Shown one piece after another: positions 1-9,354 of a stretch of DNA of 64,000 nucleotides. The stretch is from Synergistaceae bacterium (GTDB lineage Bacteria > Synergistota > Synergistia > Synergistales > Synergistaceae). A program made the position numbers and the translations under genes. The stretch is from the NCBI GenBank assembly GCA_031268885.1, contig JAIRWR010000029.1, forward strand, positions 5,120 to 69,119, written 5' to 3'. The notes under the pieces are model-generated. The model was not told the DNA's origin and did no database searches. It saw only the letters and a program-made list of their open reading frames with translations. Position 1 is the first letter of the stretch. Every line of letters starts with the position of its first letter.

Positions 1-1384
1 CCAACACGCACGCGGCCAGGAGATATTCATTGGTCGGCCCGACCTTGTAGCCGAACGTCGCGCCCATGTTGTTCTGGATGACGCGAATCCCAGACGGAGG
101 AACTCCTATGCCCCGCGCTATCATGAGCTGATGCCGGTATACGCATATGCTCTTCGTCTGGAGGCAGATCCTGCCCTCCTCGTCGTAGTAACCGTACCCG
201 CAGTCCGTCTCCAGAGTCAGGTGAGGCTGGCGCGAACTGTAGAACTCGTCGTCTATCTTGTATGGCGCCGCGTCGATGAGATCCTTCGGGTCGGTCCCCT
301 TTTGAAATGGCCGCCTGTTGAAGGCGTTGCGGATTCCGTCGATTCCCTCAATTTCGTCATATACGGGTATCGCGTCGGGAGCCATCGCCTGATGGATGTC
401 GATCATCTCCTTCAGGGGTTCGACATCGACCTTGACCGCCTCAGCCGCGGCTCTCGCCTGGCGCTCCGTGTCAGCGCAGACCACAGCTACGCACTCGCCC
501 CACTGGCGGATCTTGTCCCCCTCGGGCACTATCATGCGGCGCTCCCAGCCGTCCGTAGTTGTCGTAGGGCTGCCGACCTGACCGCGGATTCTGTTCGTGC
601 CTCTGTTATCGGTCAGAGTCTTTGCTGTGACTATCTTGTAGACACCGGGCATCTTTTCCGCTTCCGAGGTGTCTATTCTCTTCACGACTGCGTGACGGTA
701 GCGGGTTACTACGGGAACGGCAAAGAGAGTGCCCTGTGGCATCTTGAGGTAATCGTCGTCACCGAAGTCGAACGTTCCGGTCACCTTGTATATCGCGCTC
801 GGGCGCGGGTAGCTGGTGTTCCACACCTGAGCGCCCGGCTCCATCCTTCGTAGAAGGCCTTGAAGGCTCTTCTTTCCGTTCAATACATCCGCCGCATCCA
901 TCACGGCGTCGGTTATCTGAATATATCCCGTGCACCGGCATGTCATAAAGTTCTTCTGAAACGCCTGCCTCACCTCTTCGCGAGTCGGGCTTGGATTGTG
1001 CTCCAGAAGATGTTTGGCTACCATGATGAAACCCGGCGTGCAGAAGCCGCACTGAATGGCCCCGTTCACCACAAACGCGACCTGAAGCGCGTGAGGCGCG
1101 GTAATCGTTCCGACTCCCTCTATAGTAAAGAGATTCGATTCCTCCGGCACATTTTTCCATCGAGTGACGCAGGAGCGGATGACCTTATCGTTTAAGATCA
1201 CATTACAAACACCGCACTGTCCGCAATTGCAGCCGCGCTTCGTTCCAGTCATACGCTGCTGTTCCCGGATCACCTCAAGCAGGGTGATCTCTGGATCCGC
1301 AACGACCCTCCTGGGAATGCCGTTGATGTAAATCCGCTTGACATGAAACTGCTTCTTATCCGATTTTTCTGTTTTTTCTGCCAT
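1..1384 (-). CDS. Mop-type molybdopterin aldehyde oxidoreductase / xanthine-dehydrogenase-family enzyme, N-terminal part (two [2Fe-2S] modules fused to the MoCo domain). The 3' end runs off the window.
   Basis: Absent from the ORF track because there is no stop inside the window. The reverse strand has GGGAGGAG about 9 nt before an ATG (complement of 1382-1384), then an open frame to position 1. It reads MAEKTEKSDKKQFHVKRIYINGIPRRVVADPEITLLEVIREQQRMTGTKRGCNCGQCGVCNV...IQCGFCTPGFIM...CRCTGY...YPRPSAIYKVTG...QPHLTLETD. It is collinear with Desulfovibrio gigas Mop as I remember it. Confidence 0.85.
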   Translation of the reverse strand, partial: MAEKTEKSDKKQFHVKRIYINGIPRRVVADPEITLLEVIREQQRMTGTKRGCNCGQCGVCNVILNDKVIRSCVTRWKNVPEESNLFTIEGVGTITAPHALQVAFVVNGAIQCGFCTPGFIMVAKHLLEHNPSPTREEVRQAFQKNFMTCRCTGYIQITDAVMDAADVLNGKKSLQGLLRRMEPGAQVWNTSYPRPSAIYKVTGTFDFGDDDYLKMPQGTLFAVPVVTRYRHAVVKRIDTSEAEKMPGVYKIVTAKTLTDNRGTNRIRGQVGSPTTTTDGWERRMIVPEGDKIRQWGECVAVVCADTERQARAAAEAVKVDVEPLKEMIDIHQAMAPDAIPVYDEIEGIDGIRNAFNRRPFQKGTDPKDLIDAAPYKIDDEFYSSRQPHLTLETDCGYGYYDEEGRICLQTKSICVYRHQLMIARGIGVPPSGIRVIQNNMGATFGYKVGPTNEYLLAACVL

Positions 1385-2247
1385 TCCAGCACACTCCTCC
1401 CTAAATCCAACCCTCGCCCGTCGCGAGGCTTGCGTATTGCGCCGAAAGTTTCTTCATAGGAAAAGACTTCGAGTCAATCAACCATAATGTATACGAGTCT
1501 CGCGGTGTCCGCAAGTAGTAAGCGCTCATCTTTTTAAAGGTGACACAATGTTGCACAAATTAGGCGCTAAATTCAATGCCGAAACCCGAATAACGCGCAT
1601 AGTTGTCATTTGCGCATGTTTCAAGGCATATAGATGAGTCTGTCTCCTCCGCGGCCTGTGTTCAAACAGGATTCGAGCTAGGAATCTTCGTTCGTCTCTG
1701 ACTTGTCCACGTGGGAGGAATTTTATAACGTCCTCTCGCTCCATGAGTTAATTTGGATAGTCATATTCTAAATTATCTCATAGCACTTGTGATGACTAGG
1801 GTTATACAATGGCGCTCATAGTTCCATTCCCGTATTTTGTGGATGTCGTCGATAGTAAAGTCCGCGCTTACTTCCGGCGCTGGAATATTATGTATTATCT
1901 TCAGTAGACACTAAATAATCAGCCTTCCGGTTCCGTCGCTACTGACAACAGTTTATCTTTCATTCTGGCACATTGGGAATGCCATGCGTGAAGCGTGGCC
2001 TTGGCAGTTTCGTTCATTGCAGGAGAAACAGGCTGCCACGCCGTAAGCCCGTATTGAGAATGATAGCAAGAGTTCAGGGCATTTGCTTTGAGCCCTTTTC
2101 ATTCTATGGAGCCAGGATTTGATGCCTATGCCGGACGCCAGTGAACACGCGCGAAATCAGAAGATTTCATGTATAATTTGACCAGTTTTCTTCAAATGGG
2201 TCCTGTCAGTCTGAAAAGGCTGATTTATTGTCAGCGGCCTGAGGAGT

Positions 2248-4086
2248 ATGTTGTTTGGAATTGAGGTGATTAGAATACGTGTTCTGTTGTTTTTCTTGGC
2301 AGCGTCGATCTCCATGCTCGTCGTGTCCGGCCCTGCTGACGCGTCGATCGAGGCGCGCGGCGCAATCCTGATGAACATCAAATCAGGAAGCGTGCTCTAC
2401 GTCCAGAGCGAGGACGTGAGGATCCCGCCGGCATCGTTGGCCAAGATCATGACTATGCACATTGCCGCGGACAGAATAGGCGCCGGACAAGCCTCCCTCG
2501 GTGACACAGTAAAAATCAGCGCCAGGGCGGCGAGACAACCGGGGGCGCGCATGGGCCTCGCCGCGGGAGAGGAGGTGCCGCTCGATGAACTCCTAAAGGG
2601 GGTCGCCGTAGCGTCCGGAAACGACGCGGCTGTGGCAGTGGCGGAACATCTATCTGGAACGGTCGAGAAGTTCGTGCGGGATATGAACGCCAAAGCGGCG
2701 GAGCTCGGGATGAAAAACACTGTCTACAGAAACCCGAACGGACTGCCAGCGGCGGCTCAGGTCACGACGGCGCGCGACATGCTGACGCTCTGCAGGAGCT
2801 ATATCGAAAATCATCCTGATGCCCTGCGGTATCACAACCTGCTGGAGATCACGTACCGGAACAAGACGACCACGAATAAAAATCCCCTGCTGCGCACTCA
2901 TCCTCTCGTTGACGGTCTGAAGACGGGCTGGATAAGGGCATCGAGGCACAACCTCGCGACGACCGCCCGCAGCGGCGACATAAGGCTGATCTCGATCGTC
3001 CTGAGCGCTCCTACGTCAACCGACCTCACGGATGGATCTGCCCGGCTGATCGACGCCGGATTCAGAACCGTCTGGAGCGGAGGGAGAATAAAGGTAAAAG
3101 AACAGCTTGAAGCGCCGCCGGGGACATACGCGGACATAGGTCCCGGCTCTCCCTTCAACGAGGAATCACGAAACCTGCCCGTAGAGTTGGACGACCTCTT
3201 GGAGATTGCCGATTCCTCTGCCGCGGCGGATGACGCCAGCCCCGGGAAATCCCTCGACGCCGCTGTCTCGGCAGAGACCGGAACCGATGGAGTAAGGAAT
3301 ATCGGAGCCGGCGGAGTAACTGAGGCTGTGGCCAGGCTGTGCGCGGAGTCGAACTATCATCTGAGCGACTCCGCAATCGAGCTCCTGCTGTCGCCCGACG
3401 ACGCCGACAAGGATGCGTCTGAGGAGACGCCGAATCTCCTGTCGGTATGCGCGAACCAAAGAACTACGATAGTGATGGTGGAAGTTGGACAGGATGTTCA
3501 CGTGACAGACGGCGGTCTGGACGACGCCATTCGCGAAGGGGTTCGGATGGGAAGCTTGAATCGTGACGAAAGTATGGAGTGGCTGGGCGAGGAGGACTTT
3601 GAAACGGACGATCCGCAGTACGCGGTCAACTACGACATAGTCCCAGGCGACAGACTGAGGATAAGGGTAATTCCAATCGGCTTTGAAATCGACAGAAGAT
3701 TCGACGTGAGATCATCTCCGAATAGTTTAGGCAGCGTCAGAAATTTCATAACCCAGACAGTGAAGAAGGCCATGCCGGGCCTCTGTCTCCCTATGACAGT
3801 CGGCGTCGGCATGGGCAGGACGATTGAGGAATCCTCACTCATGGCCAAACGGGCGATAACTCGCGGAATAAACGAGTATAACTACGACGAGAACTGGGCT
3901 CGATTGGAATCCGACCTGCTCTGGGCGATAAACGACGCGGGGGAGGACCTGCCGGGATTAGGCGACTTCGACGCCGCGCTTGCCGTCAACATAGAGACGC
4001 CGCGGATACGGACAAACATATCGAACATGGCGGTCGTAATATACATAAGCTGTCACGCGACGAACGACTTGGAGATCGTGCTGTAG
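2248..4086 (+). CDS. Serine-type D-Ala-D-Ala carboxypeptidase (PBP5/6 class) with a signal peptide, an acidic linker, and a C-terminal degenerate Fe-S hydro-lyase (class I fumarase / tartrate dehydratase alpha)-like domain.
   Basis: N-terminal hydrophobic leader. PBP motifs are SLAK (SxxK), SGND (SxN) and KTGW (KTG). The C-terminal ~260 aa are collinear with fumarase-alpha family blocks (VEVGQDVHV..GGLDDAIREGVR, IVPGDRLRIRV, VGVGMGRTIEESSLMAKRAI, ALAVNIET...SCHA). The start codon is uncertain because GGAG lies very close to the ATG. Confidence 0.8.
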   Translation: MLFGIEVIRIRVLLFFLAASISMLVVSGPADASIEARGAILMNIKSGSVLYVQSEDVRIPPASLAKIMTMHIAADRIGAGQASLGDTVKISARAARQPGARMGLAAGEEVPLDELLKGVAVASGNDAAVAVAEHLSGTVEKFVRDMNAKAAELGMKNTVYRNPNGLPAAAQVTTARDMLTLCRSYIENHPDALRYHNLLEITYRNKTTTNKNPLLRTHPLVDGLKTGWIRASRHNLATTARSGDIRLISIVLSAPTSTDLTDGSARLIDAGFRTVWSGGRIKVKEQLEAPPGTYADIGPGSPFNEESRNLPVELDDLLEIADSSAAADDASPGKSLDAAVSAETGTDGVRNIGAGGVTEAVARLCAESNYHLSDSAIELLLSPDDADKDASEETPNLLSVCANQRTTIVMVEVGQDVHVTDGGLDDAIREGVRMGSLNRDESMEWLGEEDFETDDPQYAVNYDIVPGDRLRIRVIPIGFEIDRRFDVRSSPNSLGSVRNFITQTVKKAMPGLCLPMTVGVGMGRTIEESSLMAKRAITRGINEYNYDENWARLESDLLWAINDAGEDLPGLGDFDAALAVNIETPRIRTNISNMAVVIYISCHATNDLEIVL

Positions 4087-4098
4087 CATCGGTGTCTC

Positions 4099-6567
4099 TC
4101 AAGTTCGGATTTCGCCGCCAAGCTGCTTTGACAAGCGTTTTTTTACGGCGGCCGCCGCGGCCTCAATCTCGTCCGACGTCAATGTTTTTTTGTCGGAGCC
4201 AATTACCAGACGGAGCGTTATCGACTTCTTGCCATCCGGTATCTGTCTGCCGCGGTACTCGTCGATAAAGGAGACCGAACGGACGAGGTCCGGCGCCACA
4301 CGTCTGCCGAGTGCCGCCGACTCCACGCTCTCCCACTTCACGGGTTCGCCGAACAGCATCGATATATCATACTCAACCTGCGGATATTCCGGCAGACGGG
4401 TGTACCTGTTCGTTCGGGACCTCAGTGGGACCAGCGATTCGACGTCGATGTCAAAGACAATTACGGCCGACTGTCTTATCCCGGCCAACATTGCCGACCG
4501 CTTCGAGAGCAGGGCCAGGGAGCCTATTACCGTCTCTTCGCCCAAACTCTCTCCGCCCAAGCTCGAAATGTTGAGCCAGACAGTCTCGTCCGCCCAGTGT
4601 GGCCTGTTCGTCTGAATGAAGGAGAGCGGTTCTACGTGTACGTATCTCTGGATTCCCTCGACCGTGCCCTTTGCGCGCCGGAACAGCCCGGCGACGCCGG
4701 CGTCCTTACTCACAAAGACGCCCGTCACGCGGCGGCGCTGTTCGGGCAGGAGTTCACGCTCGTCGTATGGAGCGGAAAAGTTACGGTCGAAAAATACCTG
4801 AGACAACTCGTAGATTGCGAACCCGTCCAGATGGCGAGCATTCCCCGAAGCGGCTTCGAGCAGGTTCGGAAGCAGCGAGGAGCGTATAAATCTTTCGTCC
4901 GGAGCCGGGGGGGTGGATATCTCAAGCATCCCCTCCCTGTCAGAGAATACCGCGTCGAGGTACTCGTCCCTGACCCACGGGTACGTAAAGACCTCCTGCA
5001 TACCGCAACGGTATGACAGATATTCGCGAAGCCCGCGCTCCGTGTCCATGTCCCGCTGATTTATCGAGCGCTCGAAGGTCGCCGTTATCCGCGTCGGCTC
5101 GAAGTTCTCGTAGCCGTGAAGCCTAGCGACTTCCTCCATTATGTCGTCAGGTATAGAGATATCGCCGGTGGATCTCCACGAGGGCGGCGACACCCTCAAG
5201 GTGTCCCCGGATATCTCAGACGAGAAACCGAGCCGGTCCAAAAACCTGTTTATTTCACTGTCATCCAGGCGCTTGCCCATGCGGCGCGCCAGCCATTCGA
5301 GAGAGACGTCGATCTGGATCCGCTCCAGAGGGCGAGGATAGTTGTCATAGCAGCCGGAGATATTCATATCTGGAAACTCGGACGCAAACACGCTGCAGGC
5401 CAGCTTCAGAGCCTGATCGGCCCGCTGAGGATCTATCCCCTTCTCGTAGCGCACTGACGCCTCCGTCCTAAGGTCGTGTTTCTGCGCCGTCTTCCTCAGT
5501 CCAATGGGCTCAAAGTTGGCTATCTCCAGTATTATACTGGTCGTGTCGTCCAAGATGGAGTCCTTGACGCCACCCATGATTCCGGCAAGAGCCACAGCCT
5601 CCCTGTCGTCGGCGATCACAAGGTCATCCGGCGAGAGACTGACCTCCTTCCCGTTCAGCAGGATGAGGCGTTCGCCGTCCCCTGCCTTTCGCACTGTTAT
5701 CCCGCCCTCTATGTTGCCCGAGTCGAAGGCATGCGTAGGCTGACCGACGGCGAGCATCACATAGTTCGTGACGTCGACCAGAGCGTTTATCGGGCGCATC
5801 CCCACCCGCCAGATACGGCTCTGGATGACGAACGACGACATCTTTGCCGCCGACACCCCGTCGATCTTTACCCCCAGGTATCTCGAACATCTGCCGGGAT
5901 CGTCTATCACGACCTTTATCCCTCCGACGCCGCTGGGCAAGCTGAACTCCGGAAGTTCCAGGAGCGGAACGTCGTACAGGGCCGACAGCTCTCGCGCGAT
6001 TCCGTAGTGTCCCCATAGGTCGGGACGATTGGTCAAAGATTTGTTGTCTATTTCGAGCAGCACATCTTCGAGCCCGAGTACCGCCGCGATGTCATCGCCA
6101 GGCCGCGCGTCGAAACCTGAGAGGTCCATGATCGTGGCCTCTTCCTTGAACGGGAATAGATCGAACAGCCCGATCTCCGATGACGCGCAGATCATCCCAT
6201 AGCTCTCCACACCGCGCAGCTTGGCGTTTTTTATCTCAACCAGGCCGCCCTCCCCGTGCCACCGGACAAACGCGCCGGGTTTTGCCACCGCCGTTTTCAT
6301 GCCGCTGTTCAAGTTCACGCCGCCGCATACGATCTCCTTTATCTCGCCGCCGCCGATGTCTGTGCGGCAGATCCTGAGCTTGTCGGCATTGGGGTGCGGA
6401 ACAATCTCCTCAATCACTCCGACGACGATGTTTTTAAATCTGTCGGAGAGGTTTTCCGCGCCCTCGACCTCCACCGTTGACATTGTGAGGTCGTACATCA
6501 GGCGCGAGACCTCCAGCCCATCCGGCAGTCTGACGTAATCCTTTATCCAGTCGAGCGATAATTTCAT
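4099..6567 (-). CDS. pheT: Phenylalanine--tRNA ligase beta subunit
   Basis: 822 aa. It has the MKLSLDWIKDYV N-terminus, tRNA-binding, B3/4 and B5 layout, and lies directly downstream of pheS. Confidence 0.95.
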   Translation of the reverse strand: MKLSLDWIKDYVRLPDGLEVSRLMYDLTMSTVEVEGAENLSDRFKNIVVGVIEEIVPHPNADKLRICRTDIGGGEIKEIVCGGVNLNSGMKTAVAKPGAFVRWHGEGGLVEIKNAKLRGVESYGMICASSEIGLFDLFPFKEEATIMDLSGFDARPGDDIAAVLGLEDVLLEIDNKSLTNRPDLWGHYGIARELSALYDVPLLELPEFSLPSGVGGIKVVIDDPGRCSRYLGVKIDGVSAAKMSSFVIQSRIWRVGMRPINALVDVTNYVMLAVGQPTHAFDSGNIEGGITVRKAGDGERLILLNGKEVSLSPDDLVIADDREAVALAGIMGGVKDSILDDTTSIILEIANFEPIGLRKTAQKHDLRTEASVRYEKGIDPQRADQALKLACSVFASEFPDMNISGCYDNYPRPLERIQIDVSLEWLARRMGKRLDDSEINRFLDRLGFSSEISGDTLRVSPPSWRSTGDISIPDDIMEEVARLHGYENFEPTRITATFERSINQRDMDTERGLREYLSYRCGMQEVFTYPWVRDEYLDAVFSDREGMLEISTPPAPDERFIRSSLLPNLLEAASGNARHLDGFAIYELSQVFFDRNFSAPYDERELLPEQRRRVTGVFVSKDAGVAGLFRRAKGTVEGIQRYVHVEPLSFIQTNRPHWADETVWLNISSLGGESLGEETVIGSLALLSKRSAMLAGIRQSAVIVFDIDVESLVPLRSRTNRYTRLPEYPQVEYDISMLFGEPVKWESVESAALGRRVAPDLVRSVSFIDEYRGRQIPDGKKSITLRLVIGSDKKTLTSDEIEAAAAAVKKRLSKQLGGEIRT

Positions 6568-6581
6568 CTTCCAGCCTCCCG

Positions 6582-7631
6582 CTATTTGAACTGACTCAGG
6601 AAACGCAGGTCCGCGCTGTGAAACAGCCTTACGTCGTCCACTCCGTAACGCATCATAACCAGCCTGTCAAGCCCGATATTGACGTAGAAGCCGGTGAACT
6701 CCGCCGGGTCGAGGCCTGACGCGGCAAGCACGTTCGGGTGCGGAGTGCCGCCAGGCATTATCTCGATCCATCCGACATGCTTGCATACGCCGCAGCCCGA
6801 GCCCCCGCATACCAGACAGCCCATATCGATCTCGAATCCCGGCTCAACAAAGGGGAAGAAGCCCACCCTCATGCGCACCGGGACATCACTTCCAAAGACC
6901 CTGTCGAGTACGCTCTTGACCATCACCTTACCGGCCGAGAATGGGAATTCCCTGTCCACTGTCAGCGCCTCGTACTGAAAGAACGCGCGTTCATGCCGCG
7001 CGTCGGTGGTTTCATTTCTGTAGACCCTGCCGGGGTAGACAAAGCGATAGGGAGGCTTGCGCGTCCGCATATAGCGAACGCTCGCCCCGGTAAGGTGAGG
7101 CCTCAGGCAGAGACGGTCCCCGCCTCTTCCCGAGTCGTGCCCCGCTATCCAGTACGTATCCATGCTCTCCCGAGCTGGGTGGTCCGGAGGGAAGTTCAAA
7201 TTGTCAAAAGCGTAGAGTTCGCTCGTTATCTCGTTCTCCTGAAATATTTCAAATCCGAGGGAGCGGAACGCGTCGTCGAGGTCGTAGCGCATCTGCGTTA
7301 TGGGGTGCAGCGCTCCGCCGTCTGGCGCGATGCCGGGGACGGTCAGGTCGAAGTCCGGCGGGACTGCCGAACCGGCCAGCTGAAGAGCCTCATCCCTCTC
7401 CTCCGCCAGTCTGGAGAGGTGATTCTTGAGCTCGTTCGCGATCGACCCGATCTCGGGCCTTTCAGAGACATCAAGCGATTGTATCTCCTTGAGGATATTG
7501 GTGAGCGCGCCCTTTCTGCCTATCAGGGAGGCTTTTACATTGTACAGCTCCGAGGTTGTGGAGGCCGACGCGATGCTGGCTTCGCCCTCCTCCCTCAGTC
7601 TCGCGAGTTTCTCCTTCAGCGCCGCGCTCAT
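6582..7631 (-). CDS. pheS: Phenylalanine--tRNA ligase alpha subunit
   Basis: 349 aa with class II aaRS motifs (FPPDHPARESMDTYWI, GFFPFVEPGFE). Sits in the rplT-pheS-pheT arrangement. Confidence 0.95.
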   Translation of the reverse strand: MSAALKEKLARLREEGEASIASASTTSELYNVKASLIGRKGALTNILKEIQSLDVSERPEIGSIANELKNHLSRLAEERDEALQLAGSAVPPDFDLTVPGIAPDGGALHPITQMRYDLDDAFRSLGFEIFQENEITSELYAFDNLNFPPDHPARESMDTYWIAGHDSGRGGDRLCLRPHLTGASVRYMRTRKPPYRFVYPGRVYRNETTDARHERAFFQYEALTVDREFPFSAGKVMVKSVLDRVFGSDVPVRMRVGFFPFVEPGFEIDMGCLVCGGSGCGVCKHVGWIEIMPGGTPHPNVLAASGLDPAEFTGFYVNIGLDRLVMMRYGVDDVRLFHSADLRFLSQFK

Positions 7632-7634
7632 CTA

Positions 7635-7991
7635 CTATACCGCCAAGGTCTCCCTGGCTTTGGAGATGAGCTGTGTGAACGCGGCGGCATCATGCACCGC
7701 CAGGTCCGCTAGCATCTTGCGGTTGAGCGTAACCCCAGCTCTCTTCAGTCCGTTCATAAAGACGCTGTATCGCATTCCGTTCGAACGAGCGGCGGCGTTT
7801 ATACGCATGATCCACAGCCTGCGAAAATCGCGCTTCTTGCGTTTTCTATCGTGATACATGCGGGTCAGGGACTTCAAATACGCCTCCCTCGCCCTGCGGT
7901 ATACGTTCTTCTTGCGTCCCCAGTAACCCTTGGTTATGGAGAAAAGTTTTTTTAGTTTTCTTCTGCTCGCGCTTGAACCCTTCACTCGCAT
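7635..7991 (-). CDS. rplT: 50S ribosomal protein L20
   Basis: 118 aa, MRVKGSSASRRKLKKLF...GYWGRKKNVYRRA...RDFRRLWIMRINAAAR. RBS AAGGAG upstream. Confidence 0.95.
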   Translation of the reverse strand: MRVKGSSASRRKLKKLFSITKGYWGRKKNVYRRAREAYLKSLTRMYHDRKRKKRDFRRLWIMRINAAARSNGMRYSVFMNGLKRAGVTLNRKMLADLAVHDAAAFTQLISKARETLAV

Positions 7992-8177
7992 CTCTGGTCA
8001 CTCCTTATGACTGGCCGTTAAAATTGATTGGCATGACACGTACAACAACAATGGGCGCTGTTCGAATTCACTGAGATATCGACAAACACCCCAAACCTGA
8101 CAGGCCACATAACCGCCAAGTCCGTAAAATTAAACCGGTTAGCTCATTTCTAAACGAAAATAACTGATTGAACAGAC

Positions 8178-8375
8178 TTACGCGTATGGAATCAGTTTTT
8201 TCACCCTCGCCTCGAAGGACGGGTTGACGATTCCCTTCTTACGCATGTTGCGCAGCCTTTTTTGTGCTTTGTTCACCAGTATATGGCGGCGTCCGCCCTT
8301 CTGGTAGGAGACGTGTCCTGATCCAGTCAGACTGAAACGTTTCTTTGTCGATGAGTGCGACTTCATCTTTGGCAT
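8178..8375 (-). CDS. rpmI: 50S ribosomal protein L35
   Basis: 65 aa, MPKMKSHSSTKKRF... Confidence 0.95.
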   Translation of the reverse strand: MPKMKSHSSTKKRFSLTGSGHVSYQKGGRRHILVNKAQKRLRNMRKKGIVNPSFEARVKKLIPYA

Positions 8376-8410
8376 GACATTTTCACCTCTTTATCGGCAT
8401 TTCTTTATTT

Positions 8411-9043
8411 TTATCCGGCATTATCCGCGTCTTCCGGGAGACGCTCATCCTGCTGAGCCGAATCGCCGCTCTCCTTGCCCGGTTTTGGTTTATCGGGTTT
8501 TGGAGACGGCTGGTTAGCGGACGGGCTAACCATCATCCTCATGTAAGCGCCTTCCATCCTCGGCTCCGTCTCGACTTTGCCCAACGGTTCGATATCGGCC
8601 TTCACCCGGTTCAGCACCTCGCGGCCTCTGTCGAGAAAGGTCATCTCCCTTCCCCTGAAGAAGACGGAGACCTTCACTCGATGGCCGTCCGTGAGAAAAC
8701 TCCTGATGGCCCTGACCTTGAAGTCGTAGTCGTGCTGGTCGATCTTTGGACGCATCTTTATCTCCTTGACGGTCTGATTCTTCTGCTTTTTGCGCGCGTC
8801 CTTGTCACGCTTCTGCTGTTGGAAGCGATACTTTCCGTAATCGAGTATCCTGCAGACAGGAGGATGCGCAAGCGGCGCGACCTCTACGAGATCCATCTCC
8901 CTCTCCTCCGCCAGCCTCAGCGCCTCAGACACCTGGACCACTCCCAGCTTGTTCCCCTGATCGTCGATCAGTAGAATCTCGCTTGCGCGGATCTCCGAGT
9001 TTACGCGCGGTTCGTCTTCTTTGTTGGTGTTGGTGTTGCTAAT
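8411..9043 (-). CDS. infC: Translation initiation factor IF-3, probably initiated at ATT (AUU).
   Basis: IF-3 N- and C-domains are present (EIRASEILLIDDQGNKLGV..., KEIKMRPKIDQHDYDFK...). The track ORF starts at TTG 9076. However, AGGAGGTGG lies inside its codons 7-9 and is followed after 9 nt by ATT at 9043, the classical infC non-canonical start. The protein has a low-complexity acidic/proline C-terminal tail. Confidence 0.85.
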   Translation of the reverse strand: MSNTNTNKEDEPRVNSEIRASEILLIDDQGNKLGVVQVSEALRLAEEREMDLVEVAPLAHPPVCRILDYGKYRFQQQKRDKDARKKQKNQTVKEIKMRPKIDQHDYDFKVRAIRSFLTDGHRVKVSVFFRGREMTFLDRGREVLNRVKADIEPLGKVETEPRMEGAYMRMMVSPSANQPSPKPDKPKPGKESGDSAQQDERLPEDADNAG

Positions 9044-9179
9044 GATTAACCACCTCCTGATGATTTGAAAGACCAAGAAGGCTGATTTTGATAGTCAAAG
9101 GCCTAAATGGTATGGATACCGTCTTGAAGATTCAATCAGCGCTCCCTTAATTCTTTTTCAGCAAGCGAGCTAGCCCGCG

Positions 9180-9344
9180 TAAAAGAACAAAAAACAAGAG
9201 AAAACAGCATAAAATGCGCCATTCTCTCTGGATTCATGTAGTTTCCCGTATTGACCCGCCAGCTTACCGCCAACAGGTGAGAGGCGCATTCCTCCGCTTA
9301 TTATTCAACTTCGCCAGTATATCATGTCTGGCTTCAAACGCAAA
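9180..9344 (-). promoter_or_regulatory. Candidate promoter plus structured leader/attenuator upstream of infC-rpmI-rplT (possible L20-responsive leader).
   Basis: On the reverse strand: TTTGCG (9339-9344), 17 nt, TATACT (9316-9321). This is followed by a long helix closed by AATGCGCC(TCTC)...(GAGA)GAATGGCGCATT (plus coordinates about 9213-9290). A U-rich tract follows (plus-strand A-rich 9181-9212). Confidence 0.35.
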
Positions 9345-9354
9345 TATAAAGTAT

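Noticed and set aside
6738-7712. 324-aa plus-strand ORF.
   Set aside because: It is entirely antisense to pheS. It has Arg/Pro/Gly-rich shadow composition typical of high-GC genes, and no RBS.
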